Assembly (NCBI GenBank): GCA_965247115.1 | Contig: CBDFGR010000003.1 | Location: 192,001-256,000, forward strand | Direction of reading: 5' to 3' | From: Myxococcota bacterium | GTDB lineage: Bacteria; Myxococcota_A; UBA9160; SZUA-336 | Length of the DNA stretch: 64,000 bases | Part shown: positions 49,177-59,320 of the stretch, one piece after another | Layout: each line of letters starts with the position of its first letter | How positions within the stretch are numbered: position 1 is the stretch's first letter | Translations under genes and position numbers: made by a program | Notes under the pieces: model-generated | Database searches by the model: none | Seen by the model: only the letters and a program-made list of their open reading frames with translations | What the model was told of the DNA's origin: nothing

Positions 49177-51237
49177 ATGAGCACGAGCTTTGCGCTGATT
49201 GGGCAGGCCGGCGACGGCAAGACGACGCTGGCGGATTCGCTTCTCATGGCTGCGGGCGTGACGAACCGCCTCGGCAGCGTCGAGGACGGGTCCTCGTACA
49301 TGAACTGGCTTCCCGAGGAGAAGACGCGGCGACTCACGATCTCCGCGTCCGTGTGCAGCTTCGAGCGCGAGGGTCAGCTGGTAACGGCGATCGACTCCCC
49401 TGGCGATACGAACTTCGCGGGTGAGGCGATTGCGGCCCTGAATGCCGTCGACAACGCGGTCCTCGTGGTCTCCGCCCGAGACGGTGTCCGCATCGGCACG
49501 GAACGGTCCTACCGGCTGGCGCGCGAGCGCGGGATCGCCGTGACCGCCGTCGCGAACAAGCTGGACCTGGAGCTGGCGGACTACGACGCCTGCGCGACCC
49601 AGCTCGAAGAGGCGCTGGAGGTCCGGGTGGTGAAGCTGCACCTCCCGGTGGGCGCCGGAGAGGATTTCTCCGGCTACGTCGACCTGCTCTCCGGGGATCT
49701 CCATCGCTATGCCACCGACGGCTCCGGCAAGGTCGAGGTAAGCGCGCCGCCCGCGGATCTCTCCGAGGAGGTCGAGACCCGGCACATGGAGCTTGTGGAG
49801 GCCGCGGCGGAGGCCGACGACACCGTGCTCGAGAAATACCTCGAGGAGGGCGAGGTCAGCGACGAGGAGGTGGTCGCGACCCTGCGCAAGGGGTTGCGCG
49901 AGGGAAGCCTGCTGCCGCTGCTCAGCGCCTGCGCGTCGAGGAACATCGGAGGCGCCGCGCTGCTGGAGGCCAGCGAGCGCTTCTTCCCGGCCGCGAGCGA
50001 CGTTGCTCCGATCCGCGGGGCGCGAGGCGACGAGGAGCTAGAGCTCAGCCCCGACCCAAACGGCCCCCTGGCGGCGCTCGTTTTCAAGTCCGTCGCGGAC
50101 CGTTATACGGGGGTGCTCTCCGTGCTCCGAGTCTTCTCTGGGAAGCTCTCGGTCGATTCTGCAGTCTCGAACGCGCGAACGGGAACGCGTGAGCGCGTCA
50201 CCAAGCTGCTCCGGGTGAACGGCGAGCACACCGAGGAGGTGAGCGAGGTCGGCCCGGGAGAGATCGCGGCACTGCCAAAGCTCAAGGACACCAAGACCGG
50301 AGACACGCTTTGCGCCGAGAAGGACTCCCTCAGCGTCACCGGCGCCCCGCCCCCGGCCGGGGTGATCTCCTTCGCCGTCCAGGCCACCGCCAAGGGCGAA
50401 GAGGACAAGGTGTTCGAGTCCCTCAATCGCCTCGTCGAGGAAGACCCGAGCCTCCAGCTGGGCCGCGACGAGCGGACCGGGGAGTTTCTGCTCACGGGCC
50501 TGGGCCAGCTCCACACCGAGGTGACGCTGGAGAAGCTCAAGCGGCTCTTCGGTGTCGATGTGACTCTCAAGCCCCCAAAGGTTCCCTACCTGGAGACGAT
50601 CAGCGGCCGCGCAGACAACGTCGAGGGAAAGCTCAAGAAGCAGTCCGGGGGACGCGGGCAGTTCGGAGTCTGCTATCTCTCGGTCGAGCCCGGCGCGCGA
50701 GGCTCAGGAGTCGACTTTCAGGACGAGATCGTTGGCGGCTCGATTCCTCGCCAGTTCATTCCTGCCGTAGAAAAGGGCGTTCGGGAAGCGTGCGAGCGAG
50801 GGACCTTCGCCGGCTACCCGCTGACCGATATCGTCATCCACTGCATCGACGGCAAGCATCACAGCGTCGACAGCTCGGAGATGGCGTTTAAGACGGCTGG
50901 CAGCCTCGGGATCAAGGCGGCGGTCTCACAGGCAAAGCCAGCGCTCCTCGAGCCGATGATGGACCTGGAGGTCACCGTTTCCGACGAGCACGTCGGAGAT
51001 GTCATGGGCGATCTGAACAGTCGGCGAGGCAAGGTCGCCGGTGTGAACTCCACAGGAAGCGTCCAGGTCGTCAAGGCGCAGGTCCCGATGGCCGAAGTGC
51101 TGAGATACGCGTCCGAACTCACCAGCATGACGGGGGGCCAGGGCGACTTCTCGATGCAATTTTCGCACTACGAGGAGGCGCCAGCGGCCGTGCGGGAGAA
51201 GATCGTCGCGGAGGCCGCGGCGGAATCCGAAGCCTAA
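49177..51237 (+). CDS. Elongation factor G paralogue (EF-G2-like)
   Basis: GDGKTT, DSPG, NKLD, KKQSGGRGQF, HSVDSSEMAF; not in an rpsL-rpsG-tuf context. Confidence 0.9.
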   Translation: MSTSFALIGQAGDGKTTLADSLLMAAGVTNRLGSVEDGSSYMNWLPEEKTRRLTISASVCSFEREGQLVTAIDSPGDTNFAGEAIAALNAVDNAVLVVSARDGVRIGTERSYRLARERGIAVTAVANKLDLELADYDACATQLEEALEVRVVKLHLPVGAGEDFSGYVDLLSGDLHRYATDGSGKVEVSAPPADLSEEVETRHMELVEAAAEADDTVLEKYLEEGEVSDEEVVATLRKGLREGSLLPLLSACASRNIGGAALLEASERFFPAASDVAPIRGARGDEELELSPDPNGPLAALVFKSVADRYTGVLSVLRVFSGKLSVDSAVSNARTGTRERVTKLLRVNGEHTEEVSEVGPGEIAALPKLKDTKTGDTLCAEKDSLSVTGAPPPAGVISFAVQATAKGEEDKVFESLNRLVEEDPSLQLGRDERTGEFLLTGLGQLHTEVTLEKLKRLFGVDVTLKPPKVPYLETISGRADNVEGKLKKQSGGRGQFGVCYLSVEPGARGSGVDFQDEIVGGSIPRQFIPAVEKGVREACERGTFAGYPLTDIVIHCIDGKHHSVDSSEMAFKTAGSLGIKAAVSQAKPALLEPMMDLEVTVSDEHVGDVMGDLNSRRGKVAGVNSTGSVQVVKAQVPMAEVLRYASELTSMTGGQGDFSMQFSHYEEAPAAVREKIVAEAAAESEA

Positions 51238-51277
51238 CCTCGGCGGAGGGGGATGGACGGCGTGAGCGGAGGCGCCG

Positions 51278-52384
51278 TTGACCGCTGAGACCGAATCGAT
51301 CCTCGCGGCCCTGGGTCCTGCCCGGCGCTTCGCCGATCCCGACGCCCCCCAAGAGGCGCGACTCATGGCCGCGCGCGGCGCGTTGCCACTGCCACCGGCA
51401 CAGATCGCCTCGGTTCTCTTTGCGCTGACGCACGATCCTGACGCGGAGGTGAAGGAGCTCGCGTGCAGCAGCCTCGACAACCTGCCCTCCCCCATGCTCG
51501 ACGCCACGCTTGCGGGGGACGTGCACCCCGCGCTCCTCACCTACATGGCGACAAAGTTCCAGGAAGACGAGGCACAGCTGGAGAAGATCGCAATCAACGC
51601 CGCCACGTCGGACGCAACGTTCTGCAGCCTTGCCTCCCGTCCCTTTCCGCGCATCATCGACATCGTGGCGCAGAACCAGGTCCGACTGCTTCGCTGTCCC
51701 GAACTCATCGAGACGCTCGGCGAGAATCCCCTGACCGGACAGGCGACGATCGACCGCATCCTCCACTTCCTCGGTGTCGAACGCGGCGAGATGGAGGAGT
51801 CGGTGGCACCGCCCGTCGACGTACCGACTCCGCCACCGCCGGCGGACTTCGACGCCACCCAGGAGATGCTTGACCTCGACGATCCGGAGGACCTGCCTTC
51901 TGAGCTCACGTACGAGAGCGACGAGGAGGAGGACGAGATCCCCGAGGACGAGGGCCAGGACGAGGAGCGGATGCGCAGTCTCCAGGTGCTGATCCAGGAG
52001 ATGAGTGTCATGGAGAAGATCAAGCTGGCGCGTTTTGGCAACTCGGAAGCTCGCGGCTTGCTCGTCCGTGAGCGGAACAAGCTGGTCGCGACCGCCGCCG
52101 TTCGGAGTCCAAAGATCACGGACAGCGAGGTCGTCACTTTTGCGAAGTCCCGAAGCCTCCACGACGAGGTGCTCCGCATCATCGCGAACAATCGGGAGTG
52201 GACGAAGAACTACCAGGTAAAGCACGCCCTCACCACGAACCCGAAGACCCCTCAGCCGATCGCAATTAAGTTGCTCAACTATCTGACCGATCGAGACTTG
52301 AAGACGATCATGGGCAGCCGTGACGTGCCCGGACCCGTATCCATGCAGGCACGGCGACTCCTGGCTCGGAAGGGGAAGACGTAG
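51278..52384 (+). CDS. Hypothetical helical protein with acidic linker
   Basis: Long ORF in operon context; two helical regions separated by an Asp/Glu-rich segment; stop abuts the next ATG. Confidence 0.75.
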   Translation: MTAETESILAALGPARRFADPDAPQEARLMAARGALPLPPAQIASVLFALTHDPDAEVKELACSSLDNLPSPMLDATLAGDVHPALLTYMATKFQEDEAQLEKIAINAATSDATFCSLASRPFPRIIDIVAQNQVRLLRCPELIETLGENPLTGQATIDRILHFLGVERGEMEESVAPPVDVPTPPPPADFDATQEMLDLDDPEDLPSELTYESDEEEDEIPEDEGQDEERMRSLQVLIQEMSVMEKIKLARFGNSEARGLLVRERNKLVATAAVRSPKITDSEVVTFAKSRSLHDEVLRIIANNREWTKNYQVKHALTTNPKTPQPIAIKLLNYLTDRDLKTIMGSRDVPGPVSMQARRLLARKGKT

Positions 52385-53182
52385 ATGGGTGTGCTGAACC
52401 GCGAGGCGCGGGAGATTCACGCCAAGATCGTCTACTACGGCCCCGCCGAGGCGGGAAAGACGACGAACCTCGAGTTCATCCATCGCAAGCTCAAGCGTGA
52501 GCACCGCGGCGACCTGCAGGTCAGCCGCATCGGCAGCGATGCCGCCTACGAGTTCGTCCCCGTCACGCTGGGCAGCGTCCGCGGCTACTCGACGTCGATC
52601 CACGTCTACACGGTGCCCAGCGGAGACGAACACCTGGAGCTTCGCCGTCAGATTCTGGACGGCACGGATGGTGTCGTCTTCGTCGCAGATCTGCGCCCCG
52701 AGAGGCACGACGCCACCATCGCAGCGGCGGCCGAGCTCAAGGAGCACCTGGATAGCTACGGACGCTCCTTCGACGAGATCGTACTCGTCATCCAGTACAA
52801 CAAACGCGGCACAACCAACGAGAATGCCCTCGACGAGCTGCACAAGCGGCTCGGCCTCGACCCGGAGGCCTACTTCGAGGCCGTCGCGAACCAGGGCACG
52901 GGCGTCCTGCAGACCCTGACCACGCTCTCCAAGCAGATCCTGTCCAACATCCGACAGGCCGCAGAGAAGGAGCCTCCCAGCGACGCTGCGGTTCCACTGG
53001 CGCGAGTGGAGCTGACCCAGCTGTCCGCCGACGAGCCCGTAGCGCACGGTGGCTTCTGCCTCGAGAGCGCAGGACCGGTCGAAGCGAGTGGCGGCGAGCT
53101 GACGATCCCCATCCTGCTGAGCGAGAGCGAATCGGGGCAGAAGGTGGAGCTCTGCCTACGGCTGAGCATCTCCGAGAGCTGA
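52385..53182 (+). CDS. MglA-like small GTPase, degenerate, with C-terminal extension
   Basis: REIHAKIVYYGP..GKTTNL, YTVP, DGVVFVAD, IQYNKR, FEAVA..GTGV. Confidence 0.85.
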   Translation: MGVLNREAREIHAKIVYYGPAEAGKTTNLEFIHRKLKREHRGDLQVSRIGSDAAYEFVPVTLGSVRGYSTSIHVYTVPSGDEHLELRRQILDGTDGVVFVADLRPERHDATIAAAAELKEHLDSYGRSFDEIVLVIQYNKRGTTNENALDELHKRLGLDPEAYFEAVANQGTGVLQTLTTLSKQILSNIRQAAEKEPPSDAAVPLARVELTQLSADEPVAHGGFCLESAGPVEASGGELTIPILLSESESGQKVELCLRLSISES

Positions 53183-53194
53183 GCGCGCCCCTGC

Positions 53195-54304
53195 TCAGGC
53201 CCAGGGCGAAGGTGCGACCGGTAGCCCGATCGCATCCGCCACACCGGCGATCGTGACCTCGCCCCGGTAGCAGTTTACCCCCCGCGCCAGGGGGGGCTGG
53301 CTGCGCAGGGCCTCATCGACCCCGCGATCACACAGGTCCAGGAGATATGGCAGGATCGCGCTCGCCAGGGCAAGGGTCGACGTGTTGGGCACGGCCCCTG
53401 GCATGTTCGTCACACCATAGTGTACGACCCCGTCGACTCTGAACGTCGGATCGTCGTGCGAGGTCGGGTGCATGGTCTCGACGCAGCCGCCCTGGTCGAC
53501 GGCGACGTCGATCACGACCGATCCCTCGGCCATCGCTGCCACCATCTTGCGAGTAACGAGAACCGGGGCGCGCGCACCGGGCCGCAGGACAGCGCCGATC
53601 ACGATGTCGGCCTCCGGAACCGTCTTCTCGAGATGTACGGCGTTCGAGTACAGCGTGTTGATCCCGCCGTGGTAGATGTCGTAGAGGTGCGAGAGGCGCC
53701 GCTGGTCGATGTCGAGCACGGACACCTCGGCGCCCAAGCCCACCGCCACACGAACGGCGGCAGTCCCGACGACGCCAGCGCCGATCACCGTGACGCGTCC
53801 ACGGGGCACACCCGGGACGCCGCCCAGCAGAATCCCGCGCCCGCCCTGGTCGGCTTGCAGATAGTGGGCCCCAATCTGGATCGAGAGCCGACCCGCCACC
53901 TCGCTCATGGGCACGAGCAGGGGCAGGGACCCATCGTCGAGCTGAACCGTCTCGAAGCCGATGGCGATGATCCCAGCATCGAGGATCTTGTGCGTGAGCT
54001 CAGCCTCCGGTGCCAGGTGCAGGAAGTCAAAGAGTGTCTGCCCCGGCCGCATGAGCGAGATCTCGCGCAGACTCGGCTCCTTGACCTTGGTGACGAGCTC
54101 CGCCGCGCCGATCACCTCCTCGGCGGTCGCAACGATCTTCGCCCCGACCTCCTCGTAGGCATTGTCGGGAAACCCGGACCCGAGGCCGGCCTGCGTCTCG
54201 AAGAAGATCTCGTGATCCCTCTCTGCGAGCGCACGCGCGCCCGATGGCAGCAGAGCGACGCGGTTCTCGCCAGCCTTCGTCTCCCTAAGAACACCTACCC
54301 TCAC
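53195..54304 (-). CDS. ald: Alanine dehydrogenase
   Basis: [35 protein letters not shown]. Confidence 0.93.
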   Translation of the reverse strand: MRVGVLRETKAGENRVALLPSGARALAERDHEIFFETQAGLGSGFPDNAYEEVGAKIVATAEEVIGAAELVTKVKEPSLREISLMRPGQTLFDFLHLAPEAELTHKILDAGIIAIGFETVQLDDGSLPLLVPMSEVAGRLSIQIGAHYLQADQGGRGILLGGVPGVPRGRVTVIGAGVVGTAAVRVAVGLGAEVSVLDIDQRRLSHLYDIYHGGINTLYSNAVHLEKTVPEADIVIGAVLRPGARAPVLVTRKMVAAMAEGSVVIDVAVDQGGCVETMHPTSHDDPTFRVDGVVHYGVTNMPGAVPNTSTLALASAILPYLLDLCDRGVDEALRSQPPLARGVNCYRGEVTIAGVADAIGLPVAPSPWA

Positions 54305-54338
54305 CGTCGTTTCCCCTCTGGTCTTGGCTCGGAGACCC

Positions 54339-54893
54339 TCAGCCCGTCTCCTCGACCCTTCGGCCGAGAAAGCGCTGGACCTCGGGGTCCCAGTCGAAGA
54401 ACGCCGCCTCGTGCACACCATCCTCACGCACCGAGACGACCAGCTGCGCGACTCCGGGCCAAAGCGGTGAGCCATCCGGGGTCAGCGCCCCCTGCATGTC
54501 GGTGTGCGAGAGGTACGCGGGCGTATCCACGTGCGAGTGGTAGACAACGCGCAGCTCTTCACCGCGTTCCTCGGCACTTCGCAGGGCGCGGAGGAGCTCT
54601 CCCTCATCGATCCAGAAGGCGTGGCGGGCGTCGAGCTCCGACTCGCCCTGGGCACGACGCCTGCTCTGCACATTCGTGCAGCGGACAAAGCGGCTGGGAG
54701 CAGCAGCGAGCGGGCCGATCAGCAGCCCGCAGCACTCCTCGGGGTAGCACTCGCGCGCGTGTTGAAACACCTCGAGCATGAGCGACCGCGAGAGTAGACG
54801 CGGCTCGAGGGCGGAGTCCACCAGCGCGGCGGCGCGCTCGCGCCACTCCCCATCCGGACAGCTCGAGCTCTCGGAATCGGTGTGCTCGGCCAC
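54339..54893 (-). CDS. JAB/Mov34 (M67) metallopeptidase
   Basis: YPEECCGLL and YHSH...LSHTD JAMM motif. Confidence 0.88.
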   Translation of the reverse strand: MAEHTDSESSSCPDGEWRERAAALVDSALEPRLLSRSLMLEVFQHARECYPEECCGLLIGPLAAAPSRFVRCTNVQSRRRAQGESELDARHAFWIDEGELLRALRSAEERGEELRVVYHSHVDTPAYLSHTDMQGALTPDGSPLWPGVAQLVVSVREDGVHEAAFFDWDPEVQRFLGRRVEETG

Positions 54894-54896
54894 CGC

Positions 54897-55337
54897 TCAG
54901 ATCTCGTACATGAAGGGACTCCCGTCGGCTCTCTGCAAGCCCCGCTCCTCGGCCTGGCGACAGATATCCGCAATCGTGCGATCCGCGAGGGTACGCCGCA
55001 GGTCCTCGCTGATTGCGTCCCACACGAACCCTGGCGTGGCCGAGCCGCCGTCGACTCCGGTCTCCCCCATGCTGAGGAGAGCGCCCTGTACCGCGACGAT
55101 GACGTCCGCAACGGAGATTTCGCGGGGCGGAGCCGCGAGCAGGTAGCCACCGCCAGGGCCTCGTTTGCTCGAGACGAGCCCGGCGCGGCGGAGTCGCTGA
55201 AAGATCTGCTCCAGGTAGCGAGAGGGAATTCCCTGACGCGCGCCGATCTCTTGCAGCGAGACAGGCCCGGGTCCGCCGTAGAACGCCAGATCGAAGATGC
55301 CGTAGAGCGCGTACTTGAGCTGCTGCGTGGCCCGCAC
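54897..55337 (-). CDS. Rrf2-family transcriptional regulator
   Basis: YLEQIFQRLRRAGLVSSKRGPGGGY. Confidence 0.9.
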   Translation of the reverse strand: MRATQQLKYALYGIFDLAFYGGPGPVSLQEIGARQGIPSRYLEQIFQRLRRAGLVSSKRGPGGGYLLAAPPREISVADVIVAVQGALLSMGETGVDGGSATPGFVWDAISEDLRRTLADRTIADICRQAEERGLQRADGSPFMYEI

Positions 55338-55461
55338 TGCGGCGAAAAATACCACTGTTCTGCAGTCAAGAAAACGGAGCCACGGCGCTCCCCACCGGCC
55401 TCGGTCGCAATCTACCGATGCAGGGGTACACTCGCCCGCCCATCAAGCGGATCGAAGGGCG

Positions 55462-57438
55462 ATGCTGCGAATCGAAGGACTCAGCAAGAGCTACGGCACG
55501 CGCCAGCTTCTGAGCGGGGTCGACCTCCACCTGCGACCCGATGACCGGATCGGTCTGGTCGGCCGCAACGGCTCCGGAAAGACCACGTTGCTGGACCTGC
55601 TGGCAGGCAAAGAGCTGCCGGAGGACGGCCGCATTCACCTTCGCAAGCAGGCGCGTCTCGGATATCTGCAGCAGGAGGTGGAGACCGGCTCGGAGCGTGC
55701 GGTGATCGACGAGGTTCGGACCGCGCAGGAGCCGATCCTGGCGCTGGAGCGCGAGCTGCGCACGATCGAGGACGAGATCGCGCGACTGGGAGCCAGCGGA
55801 GGCGCTGTCCCCGGCGAGCTCGCGTCGCGCTACGACGACGTGCGCCACCAGTTCGAACGCGCGGGAGGCTTCAAGGCCGAGGCGCTGCTGCGCGGCACGC
55901 TGGTCGGCCTCGGGCTGGGTCCCGAGGTGTGGGGGCAGCCGCTCCGCAGCCTGAGCGGCGGGTGGCTCATGCGTGTCGAGCTGGCCAAGCTACTCCTCGC
56001 CCGACCCGAGGTGCTGCTGCTCGACGAGCCGACGAATCACCTCGACCTGCCCTCTATCCGCTGGTTCGAGGGCGTGCTCGCCAGCTACCCCGGCGCCGTG
56101 CTGGTGGTCTCTCACGACCGCACGTTCCTGGATCGCCATGCCACCGGCATTGCGGAGATCGAAGCGGGGCGACTGCTCTCTTACGCCGGGAACTACAGCG
56201 CCTATCTGTTGCAGAAGGCCGCGCGGCTCGAGGAGAGCAGCGCACGCAGGCGGAACCTGGATCGCCAGATTGCACACATGGGAAAGTTCGTCGAGCGGTT
56301 CGGGGCCAAGGCCAGCAAGGCGGCTCAAGCCCGGAGCCGCAAGAAGGCGCTCGAAAAGCTACGCGCTGAGCGAGAGGGGCTCGAGACCGCGGTCCGCCAG
56401 AAGTCCATGCGCGTACGGCTCGAGAGCCCGGTGCGGTCGGGAGAGATGGTGCTGCGCCTGGAGCAAATCCGAAAGTCCTACGGCGACCATCTGGTGTACG
56501 AGGGCCTGGACCTGGAGATTCGACGCGGCGAGCGGATCGCGCTCGTAGGCCCAAATGGGGCCGGCAAGTCCACGCTCCTCCGGATCGCGTCTGGAATCCT
56601 TCCCGTGGATTCGGGCACGCGCGAAGCCGGCCACAACACGAGCTGTGCCTTCTACGCGCAGCACCAGCTGGACGCCCTGGATCGAAGGCGCACGGTGCTG
56701 CAGGAGATCGAGGCGGACGCCCAGACGCGCGACGTTCCGCGGCTCCGGAACCTTCTGGGCGCCTTCCTGTTTTCGGGTGACGACGTACAGAAGAAAGTGT
56801 CGGTGCTGTCGGGCGGGGAGGCCGCACGCCTCGCACTCGCCAAGCTCCTGCTCAAGCGCGCGAACTTCCTCGTGCTGGACGAGCCCACGAATCACCTCGA
56901 CATCGAGGCGCGCGACGTCTTGATGGACGCGCTGGCGGACTACTCCGGCACGCTCCTCTTCGTTAGCCACGACCGACTCTTCATCAACGCGCTCGCAAAC
57001 AAGGCGATCGAGATCACACGCGGAGAGCACGCGGCGCGAGTCCGACACTTCGTCGGAGACTACGACGCCTACGTGCGCCGGCTCGAAGCGGAAGAAGCGA
57101 GCTCGAACGAGCAGAGCAAGCCCGACCGGGTCGCAGAGCCGCTGGCCGAGCGAAAGCGCAGCCGCGAGTTCCGCGAGAGGGAACGGCAGCTGCGCAAGCT
57201 GCGCGCACGGGTGCACGAGCTCGAGGCGTCGATCGAGGCGACCGAGGAGCAAATCGAGGCCCTCGACTGGAAGACTGCCGATCCAGGGATCGCCCGGGAT
57301 GGACAGAAGATGCGGGAGCTGGGAGCAGCACGCAGGGAGCGAGAGCAGGCGCTGACCGAGCTTTTCCGCGACTGGGAGCGAGTCAGCGTGGAGATCGAGG
57401 CCGCCGAGGACGGCTTGCGAACGGAGGCACCCAGCTAG
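55462..57438 (+). CDS. ABC-F family ATPase
   Basis: Two NBDs (GRNGSGKT, LSGGW, LDEPTNHLD; GPNGAGKS, LSGGE), no TM segments. Confidence 0.93.
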   Translation: MLRIEGLSKSYGTRQLLSGVDLHLRPDDRIGLVGRNGSGKTTLLDLLAGKELPEDGRIHLRKQARLGYLQQEVETGSERAVIDEVRTAQEPILALERELRTIEDEIARLGASGGAVPGELASRYDDVRHQFERAGGFKAEALLRGTLVGLGLGPEVWGQPLRSLSGGWLMRVELAKLLLARPEVLLLDEPTNHLDLPSIRWFEGVLASYPGAVLVVSHDRTFLDRHATGIAEIEAGRLLSYAGNYSAYLLQKAARLEESSARRRNLDRQIAHMGKFVERFGAKASKAAQARSRKKALEKLRAEREGLETAVRQKSMRVRLESPVRSGEMVLRLEQIRKSYGDHLVYEGLDLEIRRGERIALVGPNGAGKSTLLRIASGILPVDSGTREAGHNTSCAFYAQHQLDALDRRRTVLQEIEADAQTRDVPRLRNLLGAFLFSGDDVQKKVSVLSGGEAARLALAKLLLKRANFLVLDEPTNHLDIEARDVLMDALADYSGTLLFVSHDRLFINALANKAIEITRGEHAARVRHFVGDYDAYVRRLEAEEASSNEQSKPDRVAEPLAERKRSREFRERERQLRKLRARVHELEASIEATEEQIEALDWKTADPGIARDGQKMRELGAARREREQALTELFRDWERVSVEIEAAEDGLRTEAPS

Positions 57439-57499
57439 CGCCGCGTGGGATCCGCCAGGCTTGCCAGCTCCCAAAGCGCTCCGCTAGCTTCCGCACGGT

Positions 57500-57586
57500 G
57501 CCCAGGTGGCGGAATTGGCAGACGCGCCAGCCTCAGGAGTTGGTGTTCGCAAGGACGTGCTGGTTCGAATCCAGTCCTGGGCACCA
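57500..57586 (+). tRNA. tRNA-Leu(CAG)
   Basis: Acceptor GCCCAGG/CCTGGGC + ACCA, anticodon arm CCAGC-CTCAGGA-GTTGG, long variable arm, TTCGAAT T-loop. Confidence 0.96.
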
Positions 57587-57636
57587 GGGAAGCTGCATCA
57601 CTCACGCCCCGTGGGCTCTCGTGAATCGGGCTGCGT

Positions 57637-58428
57637 TCAACCCCGTCGAGTGAGTGGCTCCACCTCTGGCCAGACGGCCTCCCCGTTGCTGCGGAACATC
57701 TCCACCACCTGCGGTGAGAGCCACTTCGAGACGCCACCCTCGTAGGCTGGGAGCGCCTGAACACGCGCGTACCAACCGGCGACCTGCGGGCGCGCCTCTA
57801 TCAGTGGTGTCATGGCCAGGTGATCGAGCCGGAGCACGTACGGGAGCACTCCGGCATCGGCGAGACCGAAGGCGTCTCCCGAGAGCCAGCCGGTGGGTGA
57901 GAGCGACGCGTCCATATCGTCCACCAGCTCGAGCATCTGGCTCAGGCCACCCGCAAACTCGGGCGCCTTTACTCCATTCTCGATCACGCTGCGACGGGCC
58001 GCGCGCCGCCCGGGGTCGGGAATCGCTGCAATGTTCGCCTCGCGCACCTCCTCGGCCTGCCGGAGCAGCGCGGGTCGCGGCCCGATCGCGAAGGTCACGA
58101 TGCCGGTCGCCGGATGCACCTTCTCGTCGAGCCGCTTCGTCCACATCCTCGCCGTGTGACGGGCGGCTGGCTCGGCGGGCCGCATGGGCGGATCCGGGAA
58201 CGCATCGTCCAGGTACTCGTTGATGAGGGTGGACTCGATCAGCACCGCCCCGTCATGGACCAGTGTAGGAACCACGTGATTCGGGTTGAGCTTCACGTAG
58301 GCGGGATCGTGCTGCTCTCCGGCAAGCAGGTCGATCTCGTGGGAATCGAAGTCGATCCCCTTGTGGGCGAGCACCAGACGGACCTTCTGCGAGCAGGTCG
58401 ACAGGGCGTTGTGGTAGAGCGCGAGCAT
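57637..58428 (-). CDS. Glutathione S-transferase family protein
   Basis: STCSQKVRL, LNPNHVVPTL, ESTLINEYLD. Confidence 0.92.
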   Translation of the reverse strand: MLALYHNALSTCSQKVRLVLAHKGIDFDSHEIDLLAGEQHDPAYVKLNPNHVVPTLVHDGAVLIESTLINEYLDDAFPDPPMRPAEPAARHTARMWTKRLDEKVHPATGIVTFAIGPRPALLRQAEEVREANIAAIPDPGRRAARRSVIENGVKAPEFAGGLSQMLELVDDMDASLSPTGWLSGDAFGLADAGVLPYVLRLDHLAMTPLIEARPQVAGWYARVQALPAYEGGVSKWLSPQVVEMFRSNGEAVWPEVEPLTRRG

Positions 58429-58507
58429 GGATCTGGACCTCCTTCGGACCGGTGATCACCTTACTGCACCCGCGGTCTCCAGTCCGAGACGGCCCCCGAC
58501 CCTTCAC

Positions 58508-59306
58508 AGCCTCGAGGCTGGTGCCTCGATCCTGCACAATCACAACGCCGACGTGCTCTTCGAGAGCAACACGCGCCATGCGGTAGAGCCCTACCTGTTC
58601 GCGCCTGGGAGCCGGTGCTCGAGCGGCGGCCCGCTGCCCTGTTCTATCCGACGATGGGCGGCGGCGGCCCCCATATCACGTGCGAGGATCGCTACGCGCA
58701 CGTGCCCGCGCTATGCGAGGCGGGTGTGCTCCGGATGGGGCCGGTGGATCCCGGCTCGCTGAACTTTGGAGGCTACGACGCGGACGGGATCCCGGCGCCA
58801 CCCGGGATCGTGTACCAGAACACCCTGGGCGACATACGCTACATGCTGGATGTCTGCCGCGAACTCGAGCTCGGACCGACCCTGTCCATCTTCGAGCCGG
58901 GTTTCTTGCGGGTGACGCTCGCCTATCAGCGAGCCGGTGCCTTGCCCCGGGGCACCTTCGTCAAGCTCTACTTTGGAGCCGAGCGGGGCCTTTTTGGTCT
59001 GCCCGGCACCGAGCGCGCGCTCGACGCCTATCGGTCGAGATGCTGGAGGGAAGCGACCTGCCCTGGTCGGTGGCTCTGCTGGCCGGAGACGTGATCCAGA
59101 GCGGACTCGCCCGGCTGGCGCTCGAGCGCGGAGGCCATCTGCGCCTCGGCCTCGAGGACTACTCGGGACCGGGCACGCCGTCCAACGAGGAGCTGATCCG
59201 GGCTGCGGTGGAGCTGGCACGGAAGGTCGGTCGGCTCATCGCCACGCCGGCGCAAGCCGCCGAGATTATGCAACTGCCGAAGACGAGCCTGCCCCGATTC
59301 GCCTAG
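58508..59306 (+). pseudogene. BKACE/DUF849 beta-keto acid cleavage enzyme, 5'-truncated and frameshifted
   Basis: Pieces in three ORFs: LEAGASILHNH; YPT...DPGSLNFG...SIFEPG; GGHLRLGLED...SNEEL. Confidence 0.75.
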
Positions 59307-59320
59307 CTTCAGCTCAAACG

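Noticed and set aside
49177..51237. Canonical fusA
   Set aside because: The G1 region differs from AHIDAGKTT and it is not in the str operon; called an EF-G paralogue.
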